From assembly GCA_021323375.2 (NCBI GenBank), contig JAJPCT020000017.1, forward strand, positions 65,970 to 129,969: a stretch of DNA of 64,000 nt. Reading direction: 5' to 3'. Position 1 is the first letter of the stretch. Every line of letters starts with the position of its first letter. Source of the stretch: Candidatus Wolframiiraptor gerlachensis. Its GTDB lineage: Archaea > Thermoproteota > Nitrososphaeria_A > Caldarchaeales > Wolframiiraptoraceae. The translations under genes and the position numbers were made by a program. This document shows positions 48,232 through 57,677 of the stretch, piece by piece. The notes below the pieces were generated by a model, which had not been told where the DNA came from, ran no database searches, and was given only the letters and a program-made list of their open reading frames with translations.

Positions 48232-48458
48232 AATATCACCCTCGACCCGAAGCCCTCCACGTGACGCATCTTCTCAATCTTCTGCTGCTCCCTAGTTAGC
48301 TTCTTGAGCAATTTCCAGTGAGCCTCGCAGAGATAGGCTCTCCTACCGGATCCCTCAATCTTCATGCCCGATGGGATGCGCTGGATGGAGATTGATTTGA
48401 CGGCCTTCTCGCCGCATCCAGCCACCGAGCACTTAACGCCTTTTGAGACCTTTCCCAT
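48228..48458 (-). CDS. Small Zn-binding hypothetical protein
   Basis: CSVAGC ... YLCEAH; overlaps the thrS start. Confidence 0.75.
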   Translation of the reverse strand: MGKVSKGVKCSVAGCGEKAVKSISIQRIPSGMKIEGSGRRAYLCEAHWKLLKKLTREQQKIEKMRHVEGFGSRVIL

Positions 48459-48497
48459 GCCGCCTCCGCCACCTACCGGGGGAAAGCGCGTGAAGCA

Positions 48498-49259
48498 TTA
48501 AAGATTGCTCAGCATACTGCTGTCCATAACCTCCGAGAGGGGCTCGAGTATCACTATTCCCTCGCCCGGCCTGATCTCGAAAGTGTATATCGCGGAGTCG
48601 GCCCTGCTCCACCTCATCTTCCTCACGTAGATTGTCTTCAGCAGCTTTCCATAGAATCTCGTGACGCCTAAGACTATGACGCCAGATGCGAGGAACTCCT
48701 CGAACCCGAATCTGCTAAGCTTATTCGAGCCCGTCGGGATATCGCATGTGAGCATGGTGGTAGCGCCAAACTTCTCCTCCATCATATTCACTATCTCCCT
48801 GAGATATTCCCTTATCACGAGCTCCTCTCTCGCCCCCGCCGCGAGCGCCGAGATTGGGTCCAAGACTATCCTATTGACCGGCCTGCCAGCGGCGATCCTT
48901 GCCAAAGCATCAACGAATGCCCTGCTCTCCTTCCCAAACCTCTTGAGATCCTCGGCATAGAGCCTTAGCTCGAATGGATGGAAGATGCCCTGCTCGATGT
49001 ATTCCCAGAGATTCCATCCGAGTGAGAGAGCGCCCCTCAGCACCCCCTCAATCCTCTCATCAAGCGAGATGTAGATGCAGTTCTCGCCATTCTTCAGGCC
49101 TTCTAGGAGGAATTGAAGGCTTAGGATCGTCTTGCCAACGCCCGTCTCGCCCGTGATAAGATATGTCTTGCCCTTGAGCAGGCCTCCGCCAAGCATCTGA
49201 TCCAGCTTCGGAATGCCTGTTGAGACTCTCTCGAAGGGCTCCATCAGCCCGGCTTTCAC
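48498..49259 (-). CDS. RAD55/KaiC-like ATPase
   Basis: STGIPKLD.MLGGG, GETGVGKT, KMR. Confidence 0.9.
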   Translation of the reverse strand: MKAGLMEPFERVSTGIPKLDQMLGGGLLKGKTYLITGETGVGKTILSLQFLLEGLKNGENCIYISLDERIEGVLRGALSLGWNLWEYIEQGIFHPFELRLYAEDLKRFGKESRAFVDALARIAAGRPVNRIVLDPISALAAGAREELVIREYLREIVNMMEEKFGATTMLTCDIPTGSNKLSRFGFEEFLASGVIVLGVTRFYGKLLKTIYVRKMRWSRADSAIYTFEIRPGEGIVILEPLSEVMDSSMLSNL

Positions 49260-49293
49260 GGCTATTCAGCAGGTTAAAGCACTTAATGAACAA

Positions 49294-50394
49294 TTAGGCA
49301 AGGAACCTGCCATTCTCATATATCAGCTCATTATCGCCGTAGACCCTACCTCTCCTGAGGTCGAGGATTAGATCCCAGTGTATCGAGGACTTGTTGGTTC
49401 CGCCGGTATCAGGGTAAGCCGCCCCGAGGGCAATGTGCATCGTCCCACCAATCTTCTCATCAAGCAGTATCTGCTTCGTGGGCCTCGTGATATTGTAGTT
49501 TAGGCCGAAGGCGACCTCGCCCAGCCTCTTCGACCCCTCATCGGTCTCAAGTATCTTCTTCAGCTTATCTGCTCCCTTCTCGGCGGACGCGTTTACGACC
49601 ACTCCTCTCTTGAACTCGAGCCTCACCCCCTCGACCTCGAAGCCGCCCCATACAGCGGGGAAGCTGAAAGTTACACGTCCTTCAACACCATCCTCTATGG
49701 GCGCTGTGAACACTTCGCCAGCCGGCATATTATGCCGCCCATCATCGTTCAGCCACTTCCTCCCACCCACCTTGATCAGGAGATCCGTATCCTCCGAGAC
49801 AACTCTCAGCTCATCAATCTTGCTAAGCAGGTTGACTATCTTCTCCTGCTCCTCAGCCTTCCTCCTCCACTCCTTGATCGGATCATCCCGGTCAACCATG
49901 CAGGCGCTGAAGATGAAGTCCTCATACTCGACAGGCCCCATGCCAGCCTCTTGAGCAAGGGCGTTCGTTGGATATATCGTGACATTCCAGCGGAGCTCGC
50001 CCGCCGCCTGCCTCCGCATAAATATCTCGGTCAGCTCGGCTCTCGCCGCCCTCCTAACCCTTATCCGCTCGGGATCAACGCCCACCAAGGGTTTCGTATG
50101 GCTACTGGAGACTATGGAAATCGAGACATCAATCCTCTCCTGAATGAACTTCTCTATCGGCGAGAGATGCCTCAGAACAGAGTCGCTCGCATATCTGTAG
50201 AAGATCTCGTCTAACTGGCTATCACCCAGCATGATATGGGGATAGGCTCCCTTGGAGACCACGAGTCTTACGAGCTCCCTGACGAGAGGCAGCGCCTCGA
50301 CCTCAGCCCTGATTAGAATTTCATCACCCTCCTTAACTGAGACACTATAATCGGTCACCAGCCTCGCGAGCCTGGATACACGCGGATCTATCAC
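49294..50394 (-). CDS. Aminopeptidase (M29, AmpS/PepS)
   Basis: NMPAGEVF, LGEVAFG, DEKIGGT.H.ALG, S.IHWD. Confidence 0.93.
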   Translation of the reverse strand: MIDPRVSRLARLVTDYSVSVKEGDEILIRAEVEALPLVRELVRLVVSKGAYPHIMLGDSQLDEIFYRYASDSVLRHLSPIEKFIQERIDVSISIVSSSHTKPLVGVDPERIRVRRAARAELTEIFMRRQAAGELRWNVTIYPTNALAQEAGMGPVEYEDFIFSACMVDRDDPIKEWRRKAEEQEKIVNLLSKIDELRVVSEDTDLLIKVGGRKWLNDDGRHNMPAGEVFTAPIEDGVEGRVTFSFPAVWGGFEVEGVRLEFKRGVVVNASAEKGADKLKKILETDEGSKRLGEVAFGLNYNITRPTKQILLDEKIGGTMHIALGAAYPDTGGTNKSSIHWDLILDLRRGRVYGDNELIYENGRFLA

Positions 50395-50428
50395 AGGGAA
50401 GGCTATAATCGGCCGTGTCTTTAAGCCT

Positions 50429-51214
50429 TTAGGGCAGGAAATGATGGGAAGTTTGCCAAGTCTTGAAGCTTTTCACGGCTCGGATGATCTCCCGACAGCG
50501 CTCGAAGCTTTCCTCGGCGATCGTCCCGGTCACGATTATATCTGCCCCGGCTTTAAGCGCCTCGACAGCATCCTCGGGCCTCCTGATCCCTCCGCCCACG
50601 ACAATAGGAATTGCGACGGCCTTCCTAACCGCTTTGATTGTCTGGGGTGGTATCGGCCTCTGGGCGCCCGAGCCTGCCTCGAGATAGATGAACCTCATCC
50701 CGAGGTATTGTGCCGCGAGGGCGTAGCATGCCGCGACCTCCCCCCGGTTGAGGGGTAGTGGAAGCGCCCTCCCCATAGCCGCGACAGCCGTATCGCCGCC
50801 GAAGACGAGATAGCCCATCGGTATAGCTTCAAGTCCATATTGGCTGACGAGAACAGCTCCCTGCGATTGCGCGCCTATGATAAAGTAGTGATCAACGCTA
50901 TTGAGAAGGCTCATGAACCATATGGCATCAGCATATCTGCTTATGCTCGTGACATTGTTCGGGAATATTATGACGGGGATCCCGACCGATGACTTTATGG
51001 ATTTAACAAGCTCATCCATCTGGGATTGGGAGAAGAATGTTGATCCTCCAACCATTATACCGTCTGAGCCCGCCTCCTCCGCCTTGGACGCTATCCTGGA
51101 GGCGTTTTCAGGGGAGGATTCTTCCGGGTCTATGAGGAGGAGGTGGATCTTCTCGCCGGCTTCCAGCTTGCTAAGCAGGTATTGCTCAACTTTGCCTATC
51201 CTCAGATGCCTCAT
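50429..51214 (-). CDS. Geranylgeranylglyceryl phosphate synthase
   Basis: LIDPE, MVGGS, FMSLLNS, YLEAGSGA, VGGGIR, VTGT. Confidence 0.94.
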   Translation of the reverse strand: MRHLRIGKVEQYLLSKLEAGEKIHLLLIDPEESSPENASRIASKAEEAGSDGIMVGGSTFFSQSQMDELVKSIKSSVGIPVIIFPNNVTSISRYADAIWFMSLLNSVDHYFIIGAQSQGAVLVSQYGLEAIPMGYLVFGGDTAVAAMGRALPLPLNRGEVAACYALAAQYLGMRFIYLEAGSGAQRPIPPQTIKAVRKAVAIPIVVGGGIRRPEDAVEALKAGADIIVTGTIAEESFERCREIIRAVKSFKTWQTSHHFLP

Positions 51215-51548
51215 AAGCCTCACCCTGATCCTGCGTGCCGGGTAGCTCGCCAAGCTCGCTGGTCTCAGAGGGCCCTTCAGCCCCAGCTACCTGTAATACG
51301 GGTCGCTCAACCGGCTTCCTAGCACCAGTCACTATATCATAGAACTCCGCATAGGCGTCTACTGGCATGTATGCTGGAAGCCATCTAACCTCGGCGTTGG
51401 CCCCGCAGCTTCCACATGCGACCCTAGCGACATCCGATCCCTCCTCATGATAAACCGCCACACTCACCTCATTACAGAGGGGACACATGAAGAGCTTGGG
51501 AAACGGCTTAACAACCTTCTTTATAATCTTCCTCCTCTTTCGGCCCAC
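51186..51548 (-). CDS. elf1: Transcription elongation factor Elf1
   Basis: GRKRRK...PKLF.CP.C...C.SCG...PVDAY..F.D; acidic tail. Confidence 0.9.
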   Translation of the reverse strand: MGRKRRKIIKKVVKPFPKLFMCPLCNEVSVAVYHEEGSDVARVACGSCGANAEVRWLPAYMPVDAYAEFYDIVTGARKPVERPVLQVAGAEGPSETSELGELPGTQDQGEAYEASEDRQS

Positions 51549-51635
51549 ACACCCCACCTCCAATCAAGCATGATACCGTCAATGTCCGGCCATATATTAT
51601 GCAGAATGACTAAATAAATATTAGATTCGAGCCTT

Positions 51636-52295
51636 GTGGAGAGCTTGGGTGAGGAAGAGAGCTATATGAGGGGGCGGGTGAAGATTGGGCTGGTAACGTT
51701 GGATATGAAGCTGGCGGCGAGGCTTAGGGAGCTCTCCCGGGAATATGGTGTTGAGCTAGTGCACTCTATAGATGCTGAGAGCCTCCCCCTAGACGTGGAC
51801 GTGATTATAGCGTTGAGAAGCGAGGGGATGAATGTTGATGGCAGGAGGGTTGTTTATTGCGAGGATTTTGGGTCGCTGGATGAGTGCTTGGAGCGGGCGC
51901 TGGAGCTTTCCATGAGCGGGCTTGGCAGGAGGATGGCGGTAGTCGCCATTGACCCGGGCAAGAGCCCTGGTGCCGCATTCCTCTTAGACAACTTCCTCCT
52001 GAAGACTAAAAGATATGGATCTCTTGATGAGCTTGTGAACGATGTTAAGCGCTTCCTGCATAGACATCAGGATGCAGGGAGGAGGTATGTAGTTTTAGGG
52101 GCAACCACGAACATGAGCGCTGTAAAGTCTCTTATGAAAAGCCTCGAAGAGGCTGTTAGTAGTGTGGGGGCGACGATAGTAGTCTGCGATGAGTCTTTTA
52201 CGAGCAGGGGCATCCTTCCCAAGATGAGGGGTATGAGTAGGGATGAATACTCGGCTCTAATGCTTTCCCTCAAGAGTGTTCTCGGCTTGGAGTAG
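51636..52295 (+). CDS. Hypothetical protein with YqgF/RuvX-like RNase H domain
   Basis: VAIDPGK..G.A, CDESFTS, DEYSA acidic triad pattern. Confidence 0.6.
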   Translation: MESLGEEESYMRGRVKIGLVTLDMKLAARLRELSREYGVELVHSIDAESLPLDVDVIIALRSEGMNVDGRRVVYCEDFGSLDECLERALELSMSGLGRRMAVVAIDPGKSPGAAFLLDNFLLKTKRYGSLDELVNDVKRFLHRHQDAGRRYVVLGATTNMSAVKSLMKSLEEAVSSVGATIVVCDESFTSRGILPKMRGMSRDEYSALMLSLKSVLGLE

Positions 52296-52305
52296 GTGAG
52301 CTATC

Positions 52306-53523
52306 ATGCCCGTGGTTAGGGTGAAGAAGGGTGATACACTGATGCTCTATGGCCCGGCCTCGGCGCTCATAGTTGAGGGCAGGGCATCGGTGCTCGGCTG
52401 CCCTCTAACTCCCAGAAGCAAGCTGATTGTGAAAAGCTGGAGATCGAGGCCCATATACGCGGAGAGGGACTTCGTGGCGGATATCGCTTATGGTGAAAGC
52501 GGCGGCTACGACATCATCGAGGGTGATACGATTCCGGAGGAGTGGAAAACCTTGGCCGAAAAGGCCTCAGAGATTCCGAGCAAGGTCTGCGTTTACGGCG
52601 GCGTTGACTCTGGCAAGACCACATTAGCAACACTCATTCTCAATAGCATGATCAAGAAGCTGAAGCTAGCCGTATACGTTGACTTGGATCTCGGCCAGTC
52701 GAGCATCTGCCCGCCGACGACAATAGGTTATGTCTCTTTAAGGGCGCCGACCTTCGACATTTCCTATCATAAGATGGAGGGTGGTGAGATTGTTGGATAT
52801 ACGTCTCCAACCCCCATAGCCGGGGCGCATCTCAAAGCTGTTGAGAAGCTGGTCAGAAAACTCTCAAAGAAGTATGGAGGTGTGGCTGCGTCAATAGATC
52901 TGGATGGGTGGGTTTCAGGCGAAAAGGCGATAGAACATAAGAAGGAGCTGATAAGAATCCTCAAGCCCAATTATCTCGCCTCGATAGGAGAGATCCCGGA
53001 TGAGATTCGAGAGGAATGTGAGAGGCTCGGCGTGGCATACGAGGTGCTCCCACCACCCCGAGAAGTTAGAAGGAGGGATCAGTCTGCTCGGCGCAAACTC
53101 CGCGAGCTAGCTTACGAGAGATTCCTAAGGAAGTCTGTCGTCAGGAGGATACCAATAAGCTGGATAAATCTCAGCACCATAACTGACGGAGCGGATCTGA
53201 GGGATGTGAAGAGGTATATTGAGGCAATTATCCAAGACTATGCTGAGGAGTCCTTCGAACCGATTGAGCAGGATGTTGAGAAAGCTTTGGGCGAGCTCGC
53301 CAAGAATGAGATCGGCGTGCTAAGCTATCTCAGGAACCCCGATGAGGCCTTCGTTGGCATAGGGCTGCTCATAGACCTCAACACGAAGGACGGATACATT
53401 AGAATCATAACACCATATAAGGGGACTATCAGGCATGTTATAGTCGGCGCTATATTGTTATCGATCCAAGGCGAGGAGGTCTATTCGAGCCCGAAGATCC
53501 TTATGCTGAACAAAATCAGCTGA
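52306..53523 (+). CDS. Clp1/Grc3-family polynucleotide 5'-OH kinase
   Basis: GGVDSGKTT, DLDLGQ.SI.PPTTIG, DLDGW, RR...RRKLRE lid. Confidence 0.9.
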   Translation: MPVVRVKKGDTLMLYGPASALIVEGRASVLGCPLTPRSKLIVKSWRSRPIYAERDFVADIAYGESGGYDIIEGDTIPEEWKTLAEKASEIPSKVCVYGGVDSGKTTLATLILNSMIKKLKLAVYVDLDLGQSSICPPTTIGYVSLRAPTFDISYHKMEGGEIVGYTSPTPIAGAHLKAVEKLVRKLSKKYGGVAASIDLDGWVSGEKAIEHKKELIRILKPNYLASIGEIPDEIREECERLGVAYEVLPPPREVRRRDQSARRKLRELAYERFLRKSVVRRIPISWINLSTITDGADLRDVKRYIEAIIQDYAEESFEPIEQDVEKALGELAKNEIGVLSYLRNPDEAFVGIGLLIDLNTKDGYIRIITPYKGTIRHVIVGAILLSIQGEEVYSSPKILMLNKIS

Positions 53524-53537
53524 GCAGGGAGAGTATT

Positions 53538-54125
53538 TTACTCCTTCCTGGCTCTAGGCTGAAGCACCTTTATCGTCCTGACGACCCCGGCGAGCTCTAG
53601 GTTCCTAGCATTCTCGGATGGTAGCGCGGCAATGTCCCCGGCTTTAAATGGTCCATAGGATTCCATGTCTACCCCAATAAACTCTGGTGTATCCTTTAGG
53701 AAGCATACAAGCTCATATCTTGACGGTATCCTCTCCCAGTTCTGGTAGGCAACCGCCTCGATAAGCTCTCCAACGCAATCCCTATACTCCCTGATAAGCG
53801 ATACGAGCCTTGGATAAATTCGGCGCTCAAATCCAATAAGATTCTCGAGGGGCTTCTCCTCGACCGCCGCCTCAACAAGCTTTCTCAACCTCAGCTCAAA
53901 GAGCTCCCGCACAATCTTTGTAACCGTCTCGAGAAAGACCTCCTTCAGCTCCGATGTAAGCGTCTCCCTATCAGAGACCCTAAGCTGATGCTTGAGACCT
54001 CCAATATATTTCCGTATATCCTCTAAGAGCTCTTCAGGGAGCTTGGCAGGCCCCTCCTCACCCCTCTCAATCCTCCAAGCCTCCATGAGAGACTCGTAAA
54101 CATCCCCGTGAGAATTGGAGCTCAT
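53538..54125 (-). CDS. GINS complex subunit (Gins15/Gins51 type)
   Basis: Helical A domain (LR.RKL) plus B domain FIGVDMESYGPFKAGDIA.LP.ENA. Confidence 0.85.
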   Translation of the reverse strand: MSSNSHGDVYESLMEAWRIERGEEGPAKLPEELLEDIRKYIGGLKHQLRVSDRETLTSELKEVFLETVTKIVRELFELRLRKLVEAAVEEKPLENLIGFERRIYPRLVSLIREYRDCVGELIEAVAYQNWERIPSRYELVCFLKDTPEFIGVDMESYGPFKAGDIAALPSENARNLELAGVVRTIKVLQPRARKE

Positions 54126-54311
54126 ACTACTTCACATAAGCTCTCCTACAAGGAGAATATAAGGAGAGAAGGCGACGTAAACGCTTCAAAAGTCACCCCC
54201 CTCGAGAGTCATCAAATCAGATTAAAGGGGGGTGGAAATTATCCTTTTAGGCTTGACATGAGGGGCTTCATTCCTTAAATTAATGAGGTTACCTCGTTAG
54301 GGCTTTAGAGG

Positions 54312-54845
54312 ATGCGGGCGAGAATTGTTTCGAGCGAGCAGGTTTATCGGGGTAGAGCCGTCTCCCTGAGGAGGGAGCTTATTGAGCTGCCGTCGGGTAA
54401 GAGGTTTTATCGTGAGGTCGTGGAGCATAGCGGCGCCTCGGCCATAGTCCCCGTAACGCCTGATGGGAGGATCATCTTAGTCAGGCAGTATAGGCATCCC
54501 ATCGGCGAGTATATTCTCGAGATTCCAGCTGGGACTCTTAAGCCCGGCGAGGATCCCGAGACCTGCGCTAGGAGGGAGCTTGAGGAGGAGACAGGCTATG
54601 TTGCCGACGAGCTCATCCACCTGCTCACAATATATCCGTGCCCCGGCTATAGCAGCGAGAGGCTTTACGTCTACTTGGCTAGGGGGCTGAGGAGAGGCTC
54701 CCAGAGCCTAGAGATAGACGAGGACTTATCGGTCGTGGAGCTTAGCATCGAGGAGGCCCTAGAGGCGATCAAGAGAAACGAGATAAGGGATGCGAAGACC
54801 ATCGCCGCCATACTCTATTATCATAACTTCGTGGTGAAGTGTTGA
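54312..54845 (+). CDS. NUDIX hydrolase (ADP-ribose pyrophosphatase-like)
   Basis: RQYRHP, EIPAG...GE....CARRELEEETG, DAKT. Confidence 0.93.
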   Translation: MRARIVSSEQVYRGRAVSLRRELIELPSGKRFYREVVEHSGASAIVPVTPDGRIILVRQYRHPIGEYILEIPAGTLKPGEDPETCARRELEEETGYVADELIHLLTIYPCPGYSSERLYVYLARGLRRGSQSLEIDEDLSVVELSIEEALEAIKRNEIRDAKTIAAILYYHNFVVKC

Positions 54846-55800
54846 TATCCCTTATCCTCGAGAACCCGCCACTCATCTCCCCATCTAACCTTTATCACTT
54901 TATCTTCTGATGCTCTTCCTATGATTATCAGCCTCCCCCCGGCCTTCTCAACGGCTTCACGCGCCATGTCGAGTAGCGCTGGCTTTATTGTCACGACGAG
55001 TTCATACTCCTCGCCGCCATAGAATACTAGGTCGAATAGGTCTAGGCCATACTTCTCGGCATATTCCTCGGCCTCCCGGCTCACGGGCGGCTCATCAATT
55101 ATAAACCGACATCATTCACCCTGCTGGACTCATTTAATAACCTCGCAAGACCATCGCTAGAGTCTATCGAGGATGATACAGCGCCCGTCCTCGCGAGCTC
55201 CACACCCTCCCTGACCCTAGCAATAGGCCTAGAGAAGCATTCGATTAATCTCTCTGAGAGCGGGTCTCTTCTCCTCCCACTGAGAAGCGCGTGAAGACCT
55301 GCTGCCTGCGAGCCGAACTCCCCCGTAACCGCCAGTATATCTCCCGGCCTGGCCCCAATCCTCGAGATCGTCCGGTCCGCCGCCCCCAAGCAAATGACAT
55401 CTATTATTATCTCCCTCCCAGAGTTCAGGTCGCCGCCGATGATTTTTCCACCATAGAGGCGTGCCGCCTCCTCAAGTCCCATCCACACCTCCTGAAAATC
55501 CTCAAAGAGCATATTGCCTGGAAGCGTGAGTGAGACCAGGTAGGCTATCGGAGCGCCGCCCTTCGCGGCCACATCACTCGTCGCCGCCGTCACTGCCTTG
55601 AAACCCACATCCCTCAGCCTCATCCCCGCCGGCATATCCGTTGACTCGACAAACATATCGCATGACACTATAAGCCTCCCATCGAATAGGAGGTCGGCAG
55701 CATCGTCGCCGGGCGGGAGAGATGCACCCTCACCCTCATCAAGCCTCCTAACTATCCACTCGATAAGCCCCCATTCGCCAAAATCCCTAAGCCTCTTCAT
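54821..55800 (-). pseudogene. thiL: Thiamine-phosphate kinase ThiL, single frameshift at ~55102
   Basis: GE..LI, GDDAA, SDVAAKGG.P, GGD, GA.PGD, DSSDGL, then GGEEYELV in another frame; one extra T restores VGFIIDEPP. Confidence 0.88.
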
Positions 55801-56561
55801 CTCCCCATAATCCTCCGAAGCATGGTCTTTAAGCACCAAGAGGCGTAGCGTGTGATCTCACCTCTACCGAGCTTCGATTTTCCAGCCCTTCGCGGGAGAA
55901 ACCTTAGAGGATATTCCTCGATCTTGCATCCAGCTTCATGGAGAAGATGAAGAAGCTGTACTTGGAATACATATCCTGACCAGAGCTCTGTGAGCCTATC
56001 TATGATCTTCTGGAGGGCCGTAGATCGGATGACCCTGAATCCTGATGTCGCATCCTTAACCCTGATGCCTGTCGAGATCCTCGCGAGCAGGTTTGCTCCA
56101 CGGCTCACAAGAACTCTGTAGATGGAGCCTTCAACCCATCCGCCTCCCGGAACATATCTAGATCCTATCACGACATCCGCCCCAGAGCTCTCCGCACGCT
56201 CAAGCATCCCGAGCAGGGTTTCCGGCGGATGACTACCATCGGCATCCATCTCACAGATATAGTCGGCCCAGCCATGCTTCTCCAAAGCCCTCCTAAAACC
56301 ATCTATATAGGCGGAGCCGATACCGAACTTGCCCGGCCTCTGAAGCAGGTCTATCCCAGGCCGAGAGGCCGCCATCCGGCGAACCACATCAGCCGTGCCA
56401 TCCGGGCTCGAGTCATCAACAACCAAAACAACAACCCTCCAGCCAGCACCCTCAAGAACATCAAGAACTGCCGGAATAAGCCAGCCAACATTCTCAGCCT
56501 CATTATAAGTCGGAATAACAACAACAGCGCCCCTCAAGCCAAAGAAAAAGAGAGCATTCAA
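55797..56561 (-). CDS. GT2 polyprenol-phosphate mannose synthase (Dpm1-like)
   Basis: IPTYNEAEN, VDDSSPDGT, MDADGSH, GSRY, DATSGFR, R.AGKSK. Confidence 0.92.
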   Translation of the reverse strand: MNALFFFGLRGAVVVIPTYNEAENVGWLIPAVLDVLEGAGWRVVVLVVDDSSPDGTADVVRRMAASRPGIDLLQRPGKFGIGSAYIDGFRRALEKHGWADYICEMDADGSHPPETLLGMLERAESSGADVVIGSRYVPGGGWVEGSIYRVLVSRGANLLARISTGIRVKDATSGFRVIRSTALQKIIDRLTELWSGYVFQVQLLHLLHEAGCKIEEYPLRFLPRRAGKSKLGRGEITRYASWCLKTMLRRIMGR

Positions 56562-56621
56562 CGATAAAAATCAAGCGAGCACGCTAATACGGTTCAGACC
56601 CATACTACAGGAAGATGTAGG

Positions 56622-56714
56622 TGGAGCCCCGGCCGGGATTTGAACCCGGGACCAACGGCTTTCTAGCCAAGAGTGGATACAAGGCCGCCGCTCTGCCGGC
56701 TGAGCTACCGGGGC
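56622..56714 (-). tRNA. tRNA-Thr (TGT) with 17-nt intron (56661-56677); CCA encoded
   Basis: GCGGC-CT-TGT-A[tccactcttggctagaa]A-GCCGT. Confidence 0.92.
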
Positions 56715-56749
56715 GCAGTTTTAAGAGTTTTTCTGCTTGGATTTAGGTG

Positions 56750-57601
56750 TTAAGGGTTTTGGGCTGGTATTAGTGCTGTGAGCAGTGTTATTGCTGCCAT
56801 GATTGTTGTCAGCATGTGTGGTTTCAGCTTTTGGGATGCTCTTAGTAGTGCGGCGATTGCGATGAGTGATAGGGCGGCTGCTGTGGCTGTTGCTGTGATG
56901 AGAGCGGCCGCCTGGATGAGGCCTGTTATCTCTTGGTTTAGGAGGAGCATGTATGCTGATCCACCGATTGTTGCGGGGATGCTCATGATGAATGAGAGCC
57001 TTAGGGCTGTCTGTGGGCTTTTGCCGAGCGCGAGCAGCGCTAGGATGGTTATCCCGCTTCGGCTGATCCCGGGCAGCGCTGATAAGCCTTGAGCAAGGCC
57101 CGCGAGAAGCCCATCTCTATATGGCCTGAAGTTTTCTGCTCGGTTCCCATGATCCTTCATCCTTCCGCCCCTCCAGAGCAAGATGCTCATGATAATGTAT
57201 AGTGCTCCCACGAGAGTCATGGATAGCCTGTCGAGGTGTTCGAGGGATTCAGCGACTAGGAGTGCGAGGGGTGGGGCCGCGAGCCCGGTCGCGATTATGG
57301 AGGCGAGTATGAATTTGAGGAGCCTCACCCCCTCCTCATCGCCAGCCAACCCTCTAACCATCTTGAGAATATCTCTTCTAAAGTAGGCTATTGCGGCCGC
57401 GGCTGTCGAGCCATTCAGGAATAAGCTGAGCAGGTATGCCGTGGATGGGTGGAGGCCGGCGAGATAGAAGATAAGCAGTAGTATCGTCTTGCTGCTCACG
57501 GGGAGCCACTCGAAGACTCCCTGAGCCGATCCAGCCGCGACGCCCAGAAGAAGCTCCTCATAGCCTTTCAAGACCCTTTCCCGGGTGAGAGCCGGGATCA
57601 C
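56750..57601 (-). CDS. uppP: Undecaprenyl/polyprenyl-diphosphate phosphatase (UppP/BacA family)
   Basis: QGVFEWLPVSS, QG.SALPGISRSG.T, SFIMSIPA. Confidence 0.88.
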   Translation of the reverse strand: MIPALTRERVLKGYEELLLGVAAGSAQGVFEWLPVSSKTILLLIFYLAGLHPSTAYLLSLFLNGSTAAAAIAYFRRDILKMVRGLAGDEEGVRLLKFILASIIATGLAAPPLALLVAESLEHLDRLSMTLVGALYIIMSILLWRGGRMKDHGNRAENFRPYRDGLLAGLAQGLSALPGISRSGITILALLALGKSPQTALRLSFIMSIPATIGGSAYMLLLNQEITGLIQAAALITATATAAALSLIAIAALLRASQKLKPHMLTTIMAAITLLTALIPAQNP

Positions 57602-57677
57602 GTAAGAGATATATCCTCCGCATCTTCCCTCGGCTTGAAACGCTGAAATACCGGCTAGATAAAGTCCTTACTAGAGC

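Noticed and set aside
54150-54240. Possible minus-strand C/D sRNA (TTGATGA) and CACCCCCC/GGGGGGTG repeat
   Set aside because: No box D at a suitable distance; probably divergent promoter sequence
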